A stretch of 64,000 nt of DNA from Narcine bancroftii. Taxonomy: Eukaryota. The notes under the pieces are model-generated. The model was not told the DNA's origin, ran no database searches, and was given only the letters and a program-made list of their open reading frames with translations. The stretch covers positions 138,570,001 to 138,634,000 of the forward strand of contig NC_091469.1 of assembly GCF_036971445.1 (NCBI RefSeq), read 5' to 3'. A program made the position numbers and the translations under genes. Shown piece by piece: positions 1-13,000 of this stretch (position 1 is its first letter; the number at the start of each line of letters is the position of its first letter).

Positions 1-32
1 GCATAAAGCAAGGGTAGTATAAGAGTACTGTA

Positions 33-1440
33 TCAGAATCAGAATTTATTGTCATGAATGAGTCACGATATTTGATGTTTTGGTGCAGTCTCATAGAGCA
101 AACTTTCATATTATAACCATCTTATGACATCACTATTAAAAAAAAACTAAAATAATAATGCACGAAAAGTAAGGCCATGTCTTTGGTTCATTCATTATTC
201 AGGAATCTGATGGCAGTGGGGAAGAAGCTGTCCTTGTGCCACTGGGTGCTCATCTTTAGGCTCCTGTACCTTTTTTTCTGATGGTAGCTGAGTGAAGAGG
301 GCATGGCCTGGGTGGTGGAGGTCTTTGAGAACAGAGGCTGCTTTTTTAAGACACCGTCTCACATTGATGTCCTCGATGGAGTGAAGTCTGGTGCCTGTGA
401 TTTGGCAGGCCAAGTCAACAACCCTCTGAAGTTTATTCTGGTCCTGCGAGTTGGCACCTCCATACCAGGCAGTGTTGCATCCAGCCAGAATGCTCTCCAT
501 GGTACACCTGTAGAGGTTTACGAGAGTCATCAGTGACATAGTGAATCTCCGCAGATACCTCACAAATATAGCTGCTGGCAAGCCTTCTTTGTGATTGCAT
601 CAACATGGACCTTCCAGGACAGATCCTTGGAGATGTTGACACTCAGAAATTTGAAGTTTTTGATCAGCTCCACTACTGAGTCCACAATCATCTCCTTGAT
701 TTTGCTGATGTTGAGTACAATGTTGTTGTCATTACACCATTCAATGAACTGATCTATCTCCCTCCTGTACGCTTCCTCATCACAGTTTGTGATTCTGCCA
801 ATAAATTGGTGTCATCGGCAAACTTGTAAATTACATTGGAAATGAGTAGAGCAGTGGGCTAACCATGCATCCTTGGGGTGCACCTGTATTGATAATCAGT
901 GAGGAGGAGATGTTATTTCCAATTCATACTGACTGTGGTCTTCCAATGAGAAAGTCAAGGATCCAGTTGCGGGGGGGGGGGGGGGGGTGGGGTGGGGGGG
1001 GGGGGGTGCTACAGAGGACCAGAGATTGTAGCTTCTTGACCAGCACTGAGAGAACATTTTTGCATGTTAATTCTGTCCATGACAAGCCCATCAAAGCATT
1101 TCATCATAGTAGAAGTTAATGCTACTGGGCGGAAGTCGGTGACCCAGATCACACAGCTGTTCTTGAGTACTCGGAAGAAAATACCCTTTTGATGCAGGTG
1201 GAGACCTCTGACTGCCGTAATGAGAGGTTGAAAATGTCCATGAACACTCTGGCTAGTTGGTTGGCGCAGATTTTCAGTACACTGCCAGGTACGCCATCAG
1301 GGCCTGATGGCTTGAGAGGGTTCACCCTCTTGAAAGATGTTCTGACGTTGCCCTCAGAGACAGATAGTCACAGGGTCCTCAACATTTTCAGGGATTCTAG
1401 TAGGCACTGTTTTTTTCTTCGTCTCAAAGCAGGCCTAGAA
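33..1440 (-). mobile_element. Rex1/Babar-clade LINE 3' portion, degenerate
   Basis: Minus ORF 195-581 reads LYRCTMESILAGCNTAWYG...LQRVV...HHPGHALFTQLPS, the typical Rex1/Babar C-terminal region. The 3' tail AATAAATTCTGATTCTGA lies at 33-50 (reverse complement). A GPDG RT-proximal motif is near 1300. Confidence 0.8.
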
Positions 1441-1454
1441 GATGGAGTTCATTC

Positions 1455-1860
1455 AAGAACCTGATGGCTGCAGGACAGAAATTGTCTTTAAGTACGTCAG
1501 TATGTTGTCACTCTTGTCAGCCTTCTCTTTGATAGGAGGCAGGAGAAGAGAATGTGCCCAGTGTGTGCTGAGACCTTCACTATGTTGACTGACTTTGGTA
1601 AGCAGCGGGAAACATCTGTGTACAAGTCCACAGTGGGAAGAGAAGTGTGAACTACATTCACCATCTTCTGCAGCACCTTCTCATCTTTGGCAGAGCAGCT
1701 CCCATACCACACTATGATGCATCCAGCCAGTATGCTTTCGATTGTGTACCTATGAAAATTGTCAAAAAACATGGTAAACTTCTTAAATCTTCCAAGAAAA
1801 TAGAAGTATTGATGTCCATGGCTTCAAAATGGTTAATCTGGGTCAGGTCATTGGAAAGGT
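1455..1860 (-). mobile_element. Second Rex1/Babar LINE 3' fragment
   Basis: Minus ORF 1497-1772 reads YTIESILAGCIIVWYGSCS...LQKMVN...HTGH. Confidence 0.7.
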
Positions 1861-2105
1861 AATCTCCTTCACCTTAATGATGTTGAGAGAGAGAGGGAGA
1901 GAGAGAGAAAGGCTGGTATCTTGGCACAAGGCTTTCAATCTTTCAGGGAATTCTTTCTCATCAAGGATATCAACACACCCTTTCAGACTGCACCAGAGGT
2001 GAGGATCTAACCCAGGTCACCGCATCGCTGAGGCAGCAACTCCACAAGCTACACCACTTTGCTCCCTTTTCTGCACTGCATCAATTTCTGAAACACAGGT
2101 ATCCT

Positions 2106-2359
2106 CAGATACCTCCCAAAATATAGCTGCTGGCGAGCCTTCTTTGTGATTACATCAACGTGGAGCTTCCAGGACAGATCCTTGGAGATGTTGACACTCA
2201 GGAATTTGAAGTTTTTGATCAGCTCCACTACTGAGTCCACAATCATCTCCTTGATTTTGCTGATGTTGAGTACAATGTTGTTGTCATTACGCCATTCAAT
2301 TAACTGATCTATCTCCCTCCTGTACGCTTCCTCATCACAATTTGTGATTCTGCCAATAA
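2106..2359 (-). repeat. Local near-identical duplicate of Rex1 segment 552-804
   Basis: Direct alignment by eye shows few substitutions and the same internal deletion junction (cactactgagtccacaatcatctcc). Confidence 0.85.
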
Positions 2360-2544
2360 CATCAGAATTCAGGTGCTGACTCAGAAGTGTCTTGTTTAAG
2401 AAAAAGAACTTCCTTTATTTTTTTGCTCTATAGGCCAACATTCTGTTCACATTCCTAATTATTTGCTTTGCTTGAATGCTATTATGTTTTTTTTTAAATT
2501 TAGACGTTCAGCACAGTGATCATACAGCATGGCATGCTTCAGGA

Positions 2545-3478
2545 TTGGTGTTGGGACCATTGTTGTTTCTCATCTATAACAATGATCTGGATGAAAATGT
2601 GATCTTAGATCAGCAAGTTTGCAGATGTCACTAAGATTGGAAGTGTTGTGGAGAGCAAAGAAGGCTTTCAAAACTTGCAGAGGGATCTGGACCAACTGGG
2701 AAAAATGGAAGATGGAATTCAATGCAGCCAAGTATTTGGTGTTGGACTTTGGAAGGACAAACCAAGAAAGGACAGACACACTAAATGGTAGGTCACTGAG
2801 GAGGGTAGTAGAACAGAGGGATCTGGAAATACAGATACAAAATTCCCTGAAAGTTGTGTCACAGGTAGTAAAGAGAGTTTTTGGCATAAATCAAAGTATA
2901 GTATATAGGAGCTGGGATGTTATGGTACAGTTGTATCAGCCATTTGGAGTATTGTGTGCAATTTTGGTTACTGAGCTACAGGAATAATACCAATAAGATA
3001 GAAAGAGTGCAGAGAAGATTTACTAGGACGTTGTCTGGACTTCAGGAACTGAGTCAAAGAGAAAGGTTAAACAGGATAGGACTTTATTCCCTGTGTCATA
3101 GAAGAATGAGGGGAGATTTGATCGAGGTATTTACAGTTATGAGTAAATGTAGAGAGTTTTTTTTTCTACTGAAGGTAAGTTAAACATAAACCAGATGGTG
3201 TGGGTTAAGAGTGAAAGGGAAAAAGTTTAGCGGGAACATGAGGGGGAATTTCTTCACACAGAAAATGATGGGAGTGTGGAACAAGCTGCCAGCTGAGGTG
3301 ATGAATGCAGGCTCAATTTTAATATTTAAGAAGAATTTGGACAGGTGCATGGATGGGAGACATATATAGAGGGCTATGGACTGGGTACAGGTCCATGAGA
3401 CGAGACAAAAAAAAAATTCAGCATAGACTAGAAGGGCCAAATGAGCCTATTTCTGCGGTGGAGTGTTCTATGATTGTA
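2545..3478 (+). mobile_element. CR1 LINE 3' half (RT C-terminus and 3' UTR)
   Basis: Motifs W.MEFNAAK, LEYCVQFW, ERVQRRFTR and RGDLIEVF are spread over frameshifted ORFs. Confidence 0.9.
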
Positions 3479-3712
3479 TGGTAACGGGCCCTTCCAACCC
3501 ACAAGCCCGTCCCACCCAATTAACCTACTACCCAGATACATTTTGAAGATGGGAGGAAACCAGAGCACCTTGAGGAAACCCACACAGGCATGGGGAGAAT
3601 GTACAAACTCCTTAAAGACAGACCAGATTCCAACCCAGGTCACTGGAGCTGTAATTGCATCACAATAACCGCTCTGCTAACCATGCCACCATTAGGCTAA
3701 CGATGCCACCCT
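3478..3712 (-). mobile_element. V-SINE (HE1-like tRNA-derived SINE)
   Basis: Reverse complement has the V-domain GAGTTTGTACATTCTCCCC...GGGTTTCCTC...GGTTTCCTCCCA and a tRNA-like head. Confidence 0.85.
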
Positions 3713-4639
3713 TTTCTCTCAAGTTCTGGTATCCCAGATCCATTTGCATTGCAGTATTATGTAGTCTCACTCCTTGTAAATAATACTCTATTTCTTCCAT
3801 TCTTTCTTCCGAAGTGGATAACCTCACTCCTTCCCCGCATACTCCATCTGCCACTCACCAAATCTGCATGGAGATTCACAGCCGGCACGTAGCTCTACAT
3901 AGTTCTGAATGAAAGCTTGGATATCCATCCCACTCACTGAGTGAAAAAGATATATTTTTTTGGTTGGGTGAGTAAACAATAACTATTTTTTTTGCAGCTA
4001 TATCATTAAGATTAACATCATGTACAATTTGCATTACTGACAATGGGAATGATAATTTTAACATAAATAGATTGACATCTCGGTTGATTTTGCTTAGTTT
4101 TTTTAGTTTCATTTCTGTTTCTTTGAACTTATCATCATGGCATCGTACCTTGGGTGTGATTACTTTAAGAGATGACAAATGAAGTTGGCTGGGAAGTTTC
4201 ATCCAGCTCAGCTTTTGGTGGAATATGTCATTATATGAGTCGGATGGAATGAATTCGTCCTGACAAAGGAAAATAAGGTTGCTCAAATACTATCAGGCAG
4301 AATTATTAACCTGTCTCAGAGGAGCCTTTGTAATTGCTTTCATTCTCTCCTGGGATGAGACCCACAGATAGAGCAAAAGAATCACCTGCTAACAAAATGC
4401 TTCTTCTCTTACAATTGTACCGAGACCCTGGCTGCCCTCTCGAATCCCACATCATGTGATTGCTTTGAGGTGTCAAGATGTCAGTTCATCCTCAAATAAT
4501 ATCACTAAAGCAGATTATCCGCTTGTCATTTCATTGGTGGTCAATGGAACTTGCTTTGCACCAATCACCTTTCAGGTTTTCTAAATTGCTACGGAGAATA
4601 AACTTCAAAATTATTTCATTGGTTGAAAATTGCCTTATG

Positions 4640-5580
4640 ATAGAACATAGAATATTGCAGCCCTCGATGTTGTGCCAACCCATATATTCTTAACAAAATT
4701 TTAAAAAACAACGAAACCATTCCTGCCTCATAACCCTCTGTTTTTCTTCCATCCATGTGCCTGTATAATAGTCTCTTAAATGTCCCTAATGTTTCAGTCT
4801 CCACCACCATCCCTGGCAAGGCATTCAAGGCACCCACAACTCTCAGTATAAAAAAAAACTTATGTCTCTGCTAAATTTTCCTCCCTTCATTTTGTACAGA
4901 TATCTTCTGGTGTTTGCTATTCCTGCCCTGGGAATAAGTCACTGGCTGTCTATCTTATCTATGCCTGTCAGAATCAGTAGACTGCTATTTTAAGTCTCCT
5001 CTCATCCTTCTTTGCTCTAAAGGGTGGCACGGTCGGTGCAGCAGTTAGCACAACACCTTTACAGTACCAGCGATCGGGACCTGACTGGGTTTCGAGTTGT
5101 GTATTGTCTGTAAGGACCTTGTACACTCTCCCTGTGTCTGCATGGGTTTTCTATGGGGGCTCCAGTTTCCTCCCACCATTTAAAATGTATGGGGGTGTAG
5201 GTTAATAGGGTGTAAATTGGGTGGCACGGACTCATGGGCCAAACTGACTTGTTACTGTGCCATATGCCTAAATATGAATTTAAATTTAAAGCGAAAAGTC
5301 CTAGCTCTGCTAACCTTGGCTCATAAGAGGTATTTTTTTTTCCAATCCTGACAACATCCTTGTAAATTTCCTCTGGACCTGCTCCATAGCTTCCACATCC
5401 TTCCTGTAATGAGGTGACCAGAACTGAACGCAATACTCTAAGTGTGGTCTCACCAGAAATTTGTAGAGATGCAACATGACCTCTCAACTCTTGAACTCAA
5501 TCCCCTGATTAATGAAGTCCAGCACCCCATAGGCCTTCTTAATTATCCTATCAACTGGCACGGAAACCTTGAGAGATGTC
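4640..5580 (-). mobile_element. CR1 3' fragment interrupted by a V-SINE
   Basis: CR1 3' UTR (atagaacatagaatattgcag) and RT C-terminal motifs continue on both sides of 5021-5290. Confidence 0.85.
5021..5290 (+). mobile_element. V-SINE, full length
   Basis: Head GGGTGGCACGGT...GTTTCGAG, V-domain and (TTTAAA)n tail. Confidence 0.85.
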
Positions 5581-5842
5581 TTGACATTTTAATAAGTATG
5601 ATTTAAATACAGTCACTTTTAATGCTGATGTTTGCCTCTCAATGGGCAATGACTAGATTTTAAGCATCACATTACGTGGGTGCATGTCAGTTTAACGTTC
5701 AAGTGTAGACAGTCATTATGAACATACCCGCATCTCAGCTTGGCAAATACACACTTGGAGTCAGGATACCAGGAAGTATTAAAAAAAAAACCTCTAATTC
5801 TTCTTGATCTGATACCACAGTTTGGCTGATCAAACAGGTCAA

Positions 5843-5990
5843 GAAGTGAAACCCTAAAATCTGCAGGCGCTGTGATTGTAGCCAACACACAGAAATTCTG
5901 TAGGAACTCAGCCAAAACAACGACACCTCATCATCCATCTGGGCACCTTACATCCAGACGTCATTAATATCAACCTGCAGTTTTTGTTTG
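5843..5990. mobile_element. Penelope-like element fragments
   Basis: Terminal sequence aatctgcaggcgctgtgattgtag...ggaactcagc plus coding remnant HLII.LGTL.PD..NI. Confidence 0.55.
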
Positions 5991-6029
5991 ACAGGGCCCC
6001 CCCCCCAAACTACTCTTCCTCCTGTCTCA

Positions 6030-8385
6030 ACAGGGATTTGTAGAGTTACAACATGACCTCTCCAATCTAGAACTCAATCCCCCTATTAGTGAAGCCCAGC
6101 ATTCCAAAGGCTTTCTTAACTATCCTATTAACCCATGCAGTGACCTTGAGGGATTATGGATTTGTCCCCAAGGTCCCTCTGTTCATCCACACATTTAAGT
6201 AACTGACTATTAACCCTGCACTCAGTCTTCTGGTTTGTCCTTCCAAAATACATCACCTCACACTGAGCCGTATTGAACTCCATCAGCCACTTTTGCACCA
6301 AACTTTGCATCCTGTCAATATACTTTTGTAAACCATATAATCATATAACAATGACGGCATGGAAACAGGCCATCTCGGCCCTTCTAGTCCACAATGACCC
6401 AAGTTCTCTAGTCCCACCTACCTGCACATTGCACACAACCCTCCATTCCCCTCCCATCCATAAACCTATCCAATTTTTCCTTAAATAACAAAAAGGACCC
6501 TGTCACCACTATTTCTCTGGGAAACTCATTCTATACAGCTACCACTCTCTGAGTGAAATAGTTCCCCCTCATGTTACTTCTAAACTTTTCCCCTTAACTC
6601 ATAACCTCTTGTTTTAATCTCTCCTACCCTCAAGGGAAAGAGCCTATCCACATCAACTCTATCTATCCCCCTCATAATCTTAAATATCTCTATCAACCTT
6701 CTACTCTCCAAGGAATAAAGACCTAATCTGCTCAATCTTTCTTTGTAATCTAGATTCTGAAACCCAGGTAAACTTTGACAAACTTCTGCTCCATTAACAA
6801 TTCTTCCAACCTTCGTATCATCCACAAACTTACTGATCCATTCTGCTGCCTTTTCATTCAGGACATTTATAAAAATCACAAAGGGCAGGGATCCCAGAAC
6901 TGATCATTGTGGCACTTCACTAGTCACTGACCTTCAGGAAGAATACTTTCCTTCCACTACTACTCTCTGCTTTCTACCTGCAAGTCATTTTTTTTTAAAT
7001 CCACAACAGCCAAGATTCCAAGGATCCTCGTGATTTTCTGAACAATTCTCTCATGGGGGAATTTGTCAAATGCCTTACTAAAATCCATGTCGACCACAAC
7101 TACCACCTACTCTCATCAATTTCTTTTGTTACCTTGTCAAAAAAACTCATTTAGGCTCATAAGGCATGACCTTCCCTTGACAAAGCTATGCTGACTCTCC
7201 TTGAGTAGACTGTACTTCTCCAATGCTTACAGATTCTATCCTTAAGAATCCTTTCCATAGCTACTGCCCCAGCTATCTTTTCCCTCACTTCCCACAGTAG
7301 CCTGGGATATATCACATCCAGCCCCAGTAACTTATCAATTTAATGTTTTTAAGATAATCCAACACTTCTTCTTCTTTAATCTCCACATTGTCCAGCACAC
7401 AAGCCTGTTGTATTCCAACCTCACTCTAATCAAGGTCTTTTTCTCTTGTGAATACTGAATCAAAGTATTCATTTAGAACCTCCCCAACCTCCTCCACCTC
7501 CAAAACACAAGTGGCCTCCTTTATCCTGTAATGGCCCCACCTTCATGCTCGTCATTCTTCTGTTCTTCATATACACATAGAACGCCTTGGGATTCTCCTT
7601 AATCCTGCATGCCAAGGCCATCTCAAGCCCTTTCGAGTTCTCCTGTCTTTTTTAAAAAAAAAAATTCCTGGTTATCATTTACTTCTCATGAGCCCTTCTT
7701 GTGTCCTGCTTCCTACATCTAATATATGCTTTCTCTTGACTACCTCCTCACCTGTTTCATAAATCATGGATCACTTTCCCTACCATCTTTTCCTTGTCCT
7801 AGTGGGACAAACCTAACCTGAATCCAGCATGTGGTCCCTAAACTTCCTCCACATTAGTTCTGTGCTTTTTCCATTGAACATTTACTCTTGCTAGTCCCTG
7901 CCTCGTCTCATTGTAATTAGCCTTCCCCAATTAAGCACTTTCCCATTTTGTCTGCTTTTATCCTTTTCCATAATTAGGGTAAAGCTCAGGGAGTTGTAAT
8001 CACTCTCACCAAAATGCTTCCCCACTGAGAAATCTGCCACCTGGCCAGGTTCATTACCCAAGATTAGATCATTTTCTCTTGTTGGCTGGTCCGCATCCTG
8101 GGTCAGGAATCTTTCTTGGATACACCTGGCAAATTCACCCCCATCTATCCATTTTGAAGTAAAGAGGTGCCAGTCAATATTAGGAAAGTTGAAATCACCC
8201 ATAACTACAAACCTGGATTTTGTTCAGCTATCCAAAATTAGCCTGCTTATCTGCTCCTTGGTGTCCCAAGGACTATTTGGGGCCCTATAGACTACTCCCA
8301 TCACAATAATTGCTTCCTTCCTATTTCGGACTTCCACCCACTTACACTCTCCTCCCTTTCTATAGACATGATACTATCCTTGACC
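6030..8385 (-). mobile_element. CR1 LINE ORF2 (EN to RT), degenerate, with nested younger CR1
   Basis: GDFNFPNIDW endonuclease motif in ORF 7891-8202; RT motifs KFVDDTK and WLMEFN. Confidence 0.85.
6331..6772 (-). mobile_element. Nested CR1 3' end
   Basis: Tail aaccatataatcatata and motifs LGLYSLE..RLIEIFKIMRGIDRVD; gtaaac is present on both flanks. Confidence 0.8.
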
Positions 8386-8835
8386 GGTAATGTTACTTGG
8401 ATTGGAAAATAAGTCTTATGAGGCAATGTTAGTAGAGCCGGGACCTTTTTCTTTGGAGCGTAGAAGAATGACAGGAGACTTAATAGAGGCCTACAAGATA
8501 ATGAGGGGCATTGATAGGGAGGACAGCAGTGCCTGTTTCCTAGGGCAGGAATAGCAAACATTGAAGGACATGAGTACAAAATGAAGGGAGAGAGCTTTAG
8601 GGGAGATATCAGGGTAAGTGTTTTCATGCAGAGAGTTGTGGTGTCTGGATTGCCTTGCCAGGGATGGTGGTGGAGGCTGAAACATTAGGGGTGTTTAGAA
8701 GACTCCTAGACAGGCACCTGGATGGAAGAAAAATAGAGGATTACAGGGTAGGGTGGGTTTAACATTTTTTAAGGAATAGATGGGTCAGTACAACATTGAG
8801 GGCCAAAGGGCCTGTACAGTGCTCTATGTCCTATA
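8385..8835 (+). mobile_element. CR1 3' end
   Basis: LENKSYEA.L...FSLERRRM.GDLIE.YKIMRGID followed by the 3' UTR. Confidence 0.85.
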
Positions 8836-10444
8836 GCACGTTGTAAATAAACTAAAACAGGAAGAAAAGTGCTTACTTTATTTAATGTTCTTCAAGAGCA
8901 TGAAGGTCCATACCTGTGTAATTAGTTGTTCAGGACCAAAGAGGTTGTTCAGCATAATTATGACAGCACACGATTAAAACCCAATTATTCCTGAGTGAAT
9001 GAGACTTCACTTTTCCTTACAGCAAGAATAATTGTTAAATGTCTGAAGTTCACAGCGAATCAATGATGTCTAAATTAAGTCAGCATATACAAAGAAGCAG
9101 CTATCAATTCCGGTTTTGCACCTTGACTTGAAGAATTTTGAAGACGGGGTTACTCTCAATTTTGCTGTGATCAATAATTTTTATTTTCCATTTTTACTAA
9201 TGTAGATGGTGGGCCAATAAAATCACTTCCACAAATATTTAGAATTTTAAACCTTACAATAACAAATCCACATCAACTTATTCCTATCATGTGAACAGTG
9301 AATAATCATGCAGTTTTTAAGCATTCATGATGTTTTAACACATTTCTTTCTCATATCTGTGCATATCTTATTGCTGGTTACATATCATCCTGTGGCATTA
9401 ACAAATCTCAATTGTGCTATCCTGTGTTCAAGAGAAAATGTTGTGTTCCTGGGCATTAAATTTAGTGGTCTTCAAGCTTTCTATTCAAAATAATTTACCA
9501 TCTTGCAGACAAATTTAGATCAGGCTATTTCCCAGTTCTCAATGCACAGTTATTCATAGATATGCCAAATCTGTACTTTGCAAGACATGCACATGCTTTC
9601 ATTCTCATCGGGGCTTCTAACGACAAGTTTAGATGGAATAGACTGATGTTCCTGCAGCTGCAATGATGTTACATGGCGATAAGATAGCAATGCGGATTGA
9701 ATTCTAATATTGACCCCCGTATTGGTATGGATGGCCTGGACTGCACAATGCCCTGAGGCCCAGATTTATTTATTCCAAATGGTGTGTTGCAAGTATCAAA
9801 TCTCAAATGACTTCTGTATCCATGTTCATAAAGTTTCCTTGGTTTGCATTCCTACTTTCATTCTTCTGGAAATGCATCACAAGAATCATGAAATCTTGGC
9901 TTCTTCCATTTCTTTTGATTGGCTAATGGAAGTCTTTGCGAAGAAGGCACATGTGATTTCTACCAATTGGCTAAAGTACCTGGCTTTGAGGTATAAATTA
10001 GTTTTCTTTTCAATGTTTAACCAGAAATAAGTTGAACGGAATGAATGGTCAAAAGAATCTAATGTTGAGATTCTCAGCTAATGCATAGCAGTGAGATTAC
10101 ATAGCAACCACTTGGATGACATGACCTCAGCAAGTTGGAAGGGAAGAAAATTATTTATGCAGGTAAACATGCTATTATCACACGTAAATCTAACAGTCAT
10201 TGGGATAGAGAATCACAATAAGAGCCTGAATTATGACCATTCCTGTGATCCCTTTTTTTGTTCTGGAAAATGACATGGAAGGTGGCCTGGAATTGATTTT
10301 GGAAGAAAGTGACAAATTATCGATGCTTTAGTTAGGCAGCATGCAGTTATTGGTGATTTACAAGACAATTTCAGGCCACTTTTAAACACCTCTATCAAGG
10401 CAGCTTTAATTTTAGAAAATAAACCTAAAAATATCAGAGGTAAA

Positions 10445-10560
10445 ACATAAAACATGAATGTCTGCAGACACTGTGGTTGAAGTGAAAACACAATGCTGGG
10501 GAAACTCAGCAGGTCAAGCAGTGGACTTTATAGAGCAAAGATAAAGAACACATAATAAAC
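10445..10560. mobile_element. Penelope-like terminal (pseudo-LTR) fragment
   Basis: gtctgcagacactg...acacaatgctgggggaaactcagcaggtcaa...caaagataaag, the same sequence that flanks the GIY-YIG remnant at 23160-24050. Confidence 0.6.
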
Positions 10561-11062
10561 ACTGAAAATGCCAAATAATTTTTAAAGTGAGATGAAGTTT
10601 CCTTCAATCCACTGTAGCTTATTCTTGTCTTTCTCCAGCTTGACTGCTCTAAGTGGAAAAGATAGCATTCAGGATGTCACTGGGATTCCAAACATTGGGA
10701 GTACATGGAATCTCAGTTTGAATGACAGACAGATCATGCCAGCTCACAAACCGCACACCCACCCTAACTGCTAAAATTTGCAGGTCCTATATCGTTCGAT
10801 GTAATATGACTAAGTACATTGAACATTAACATAACATAATTATATGTGATTGAGAAAAATTGCCACTTAGTTTGTGTCAGCAAGAAATAATCATTATCTT
10901 TGATTTTTTTATTTATTTATGTAACATATTGTTGATTCTGATAATGTTAATTCTCATTGTAAGAAGGTAGAATGTTGGCAGTGTGGGAGCTCCAATTGTG
11001 CTGCCATCAAGTTCTCCATAATATTCTACAGTACTCTTATTGTCTCCTTTGTGCCCAGCATT

Positions 11063-11577
11063 ATCATAACAATTACAGCACGGAAACAGGCCATTAGGCC
11101 CTTCTAGTCCACACCGAACCAAACACCACTTTCTAGTCCCACCTCCCTGCACAATGCCCATAACCCTCCATCTTCTTCTCATCCATATACCTGTCCAACC
11201 TTTTCTTAAATAATACAATTGACTCCGCCGCCACTATTTCTCCCGGAAGATGATTCCACACAGCTACCACTCTCTGAGTAAAGAAGTTCCCCCTCATGTT
11301 ACCTCTAAACCTCTGCCCCTTAATTCTTAACTCATGTCCTCTTGTTTTAATCTTTCCTCCTCTTAACGGAAATAGTCTATCCACATCCATTCTGTCTATC
11401 CCTTTCATAATCTTAAATACTTCTATCAAATCCCCTCTCAACCTTCTACGCTCCAAAGAATAAAGATCCAATCTGTCCAATCTCTCCCCATACTCCAGAT
11501 GCTTAAACCCAGGCAACATTCTGGTAAACCTTCTCTGCACTCTCTCCACTCTGTTTATACCCTTCCTATAATTAGGC
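11063..11577 (-). mobile_element. Young 5'-truncated CR1
   Basis: Open ORF2 C-terminus (ERVQRRFTRMLPG...RGNFFTQRVVAVWN); nearly identical to 40646-41372. Confidence 0.92.
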
Positions 11578-12792
11578 AGATGCACAGAAATTGCTAACTT
11601 GCTAGAGCCAAACAGGAACATGCAATATGTCAACTACAACAGTACACATTTAAATTGCCACAAATATTGGACAAAAAAAAAGAGATAATGACTACCAAAG
11701 GATTGATCAATAAATAGGTACCGTTGCCGTAGTGCAGGAGAAAACAAAGTGATGCAGACAGTTGTTTTGATGGCCCAGGAGTAGTTTATGGTTCGTATTA
11801 GAGAAGCACAGGAAAGCTCAAGAGCCGGAATGCTGTTGGTATCATGAGTCAACTCAGAATGGATAGAGTGGGGAATGAAGCATATCAGCTCAATTCCTAA
11901 GGAAATATAAGTGGAAGCCAAGGTAAATAAAAATATCATGGCTTTGGATATTTTTGGAGTAAAGCACAAGGTGTAAGATCTGAAAGAAAACTTGAAACTG
12001 GCAACTGCAGCATTTTCATCATCTGAAAAGTTGAAAAATAAGTGAGAAAATATTCACGAGACTACACCCTTTATTAGAATGGATTTCATACTTTGCTACA
12101 CGTGATGATGGGCCCACTATTTACTTCTAGAATTCCCTGCATTTTATCAATTCTCTGTTTATTTTACATATCTGAAGGAAGCAAAACAAACCATGAAGCA
12201 CATTAATCTTGTTGCATGTTGCTCCTGACCTTCCTACTTTATGATGAACCTGATTGCGAGTCCCAGAAAGGGAACCTTCAGTCGTTCTTCTCTGGTCGAT
12301 TCACATCAGATAACAGATGCTGATGGAGGAAATCCACGAGAGAGGACACAGTATTCCATTTGAGAGAATGGACTCCAGAAACATCATAAGATGTTTAACA
12401 AATACAAGAGCATGGTACAGTAATCCTTTGAATATCTGGCAGAGCCACTAACTTGTCACATTGTGCACATATGGCAGGTGTAAACTAATATGTTCCTTGC
12501 TGTCTCAGAGTCAGAGACAATGACAGTAAACAGAATTTCTTCTTCCGTCATGGTGGCAGGTAATAGAATCTGGAGTCATGTTTCTCTGTTTTAGCCCACT
12601 TATTCTGACAGAAGGACTATTCCAAGACACAATTCATTCACCCTGAGGTAAAAACCTGTTTTTCAATTATTTATACCAGATCAGTTGAGACACCTGAGGT
12701 CGTGAAGTTAAAAGCAGGAAGTTTCAAAGTGAATAAAAGAATGGACGGGTATGGAATCATGTAACATAGAAAGAGCCACCTTCCATGTATCC

Positions 12793-13000
12793 AGGCGTCA
12801 CGGTTAGCCCAGCGCTATTACAGTGCCCGTGATTGAGATCAGGGTTCAAGTCCCATGCTGTCTTTAAGGTGTTTGTTCTTTCTCCCCGTATCTGCGAAGG
12901 GTTTCCTCTGGGCACTCCATACCGGGGGTTGTGGTCAAATGGATGTATTTGGGTAGCACGGGCTTGTGGGCCTACCAAATGGATGCCCAAATTTAAATTC
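12793..13000 (+). mobile_element. V-SINE
   Basis: B-box GGTTCAAGTCCC, V-domain and aaatttaaa tail. Confidence 0.8.

Noticed and set aside
3876-4286. 136-aa minus ORF in unique sequence
   Set aside because: Non-ATG start, AT-rich, no recognisable motif or splice support.
5021-5110. tRNA gene (and similar A/B-box heads elsewhere)
   Set aside because: It continues directly into the V-SINE body, and no clean cloverleaf is evident.
12241-12363. Short ATG ORF in unique sequence
   Set aside because: Only 40 codons with no recognisable homology or exon boundaries.
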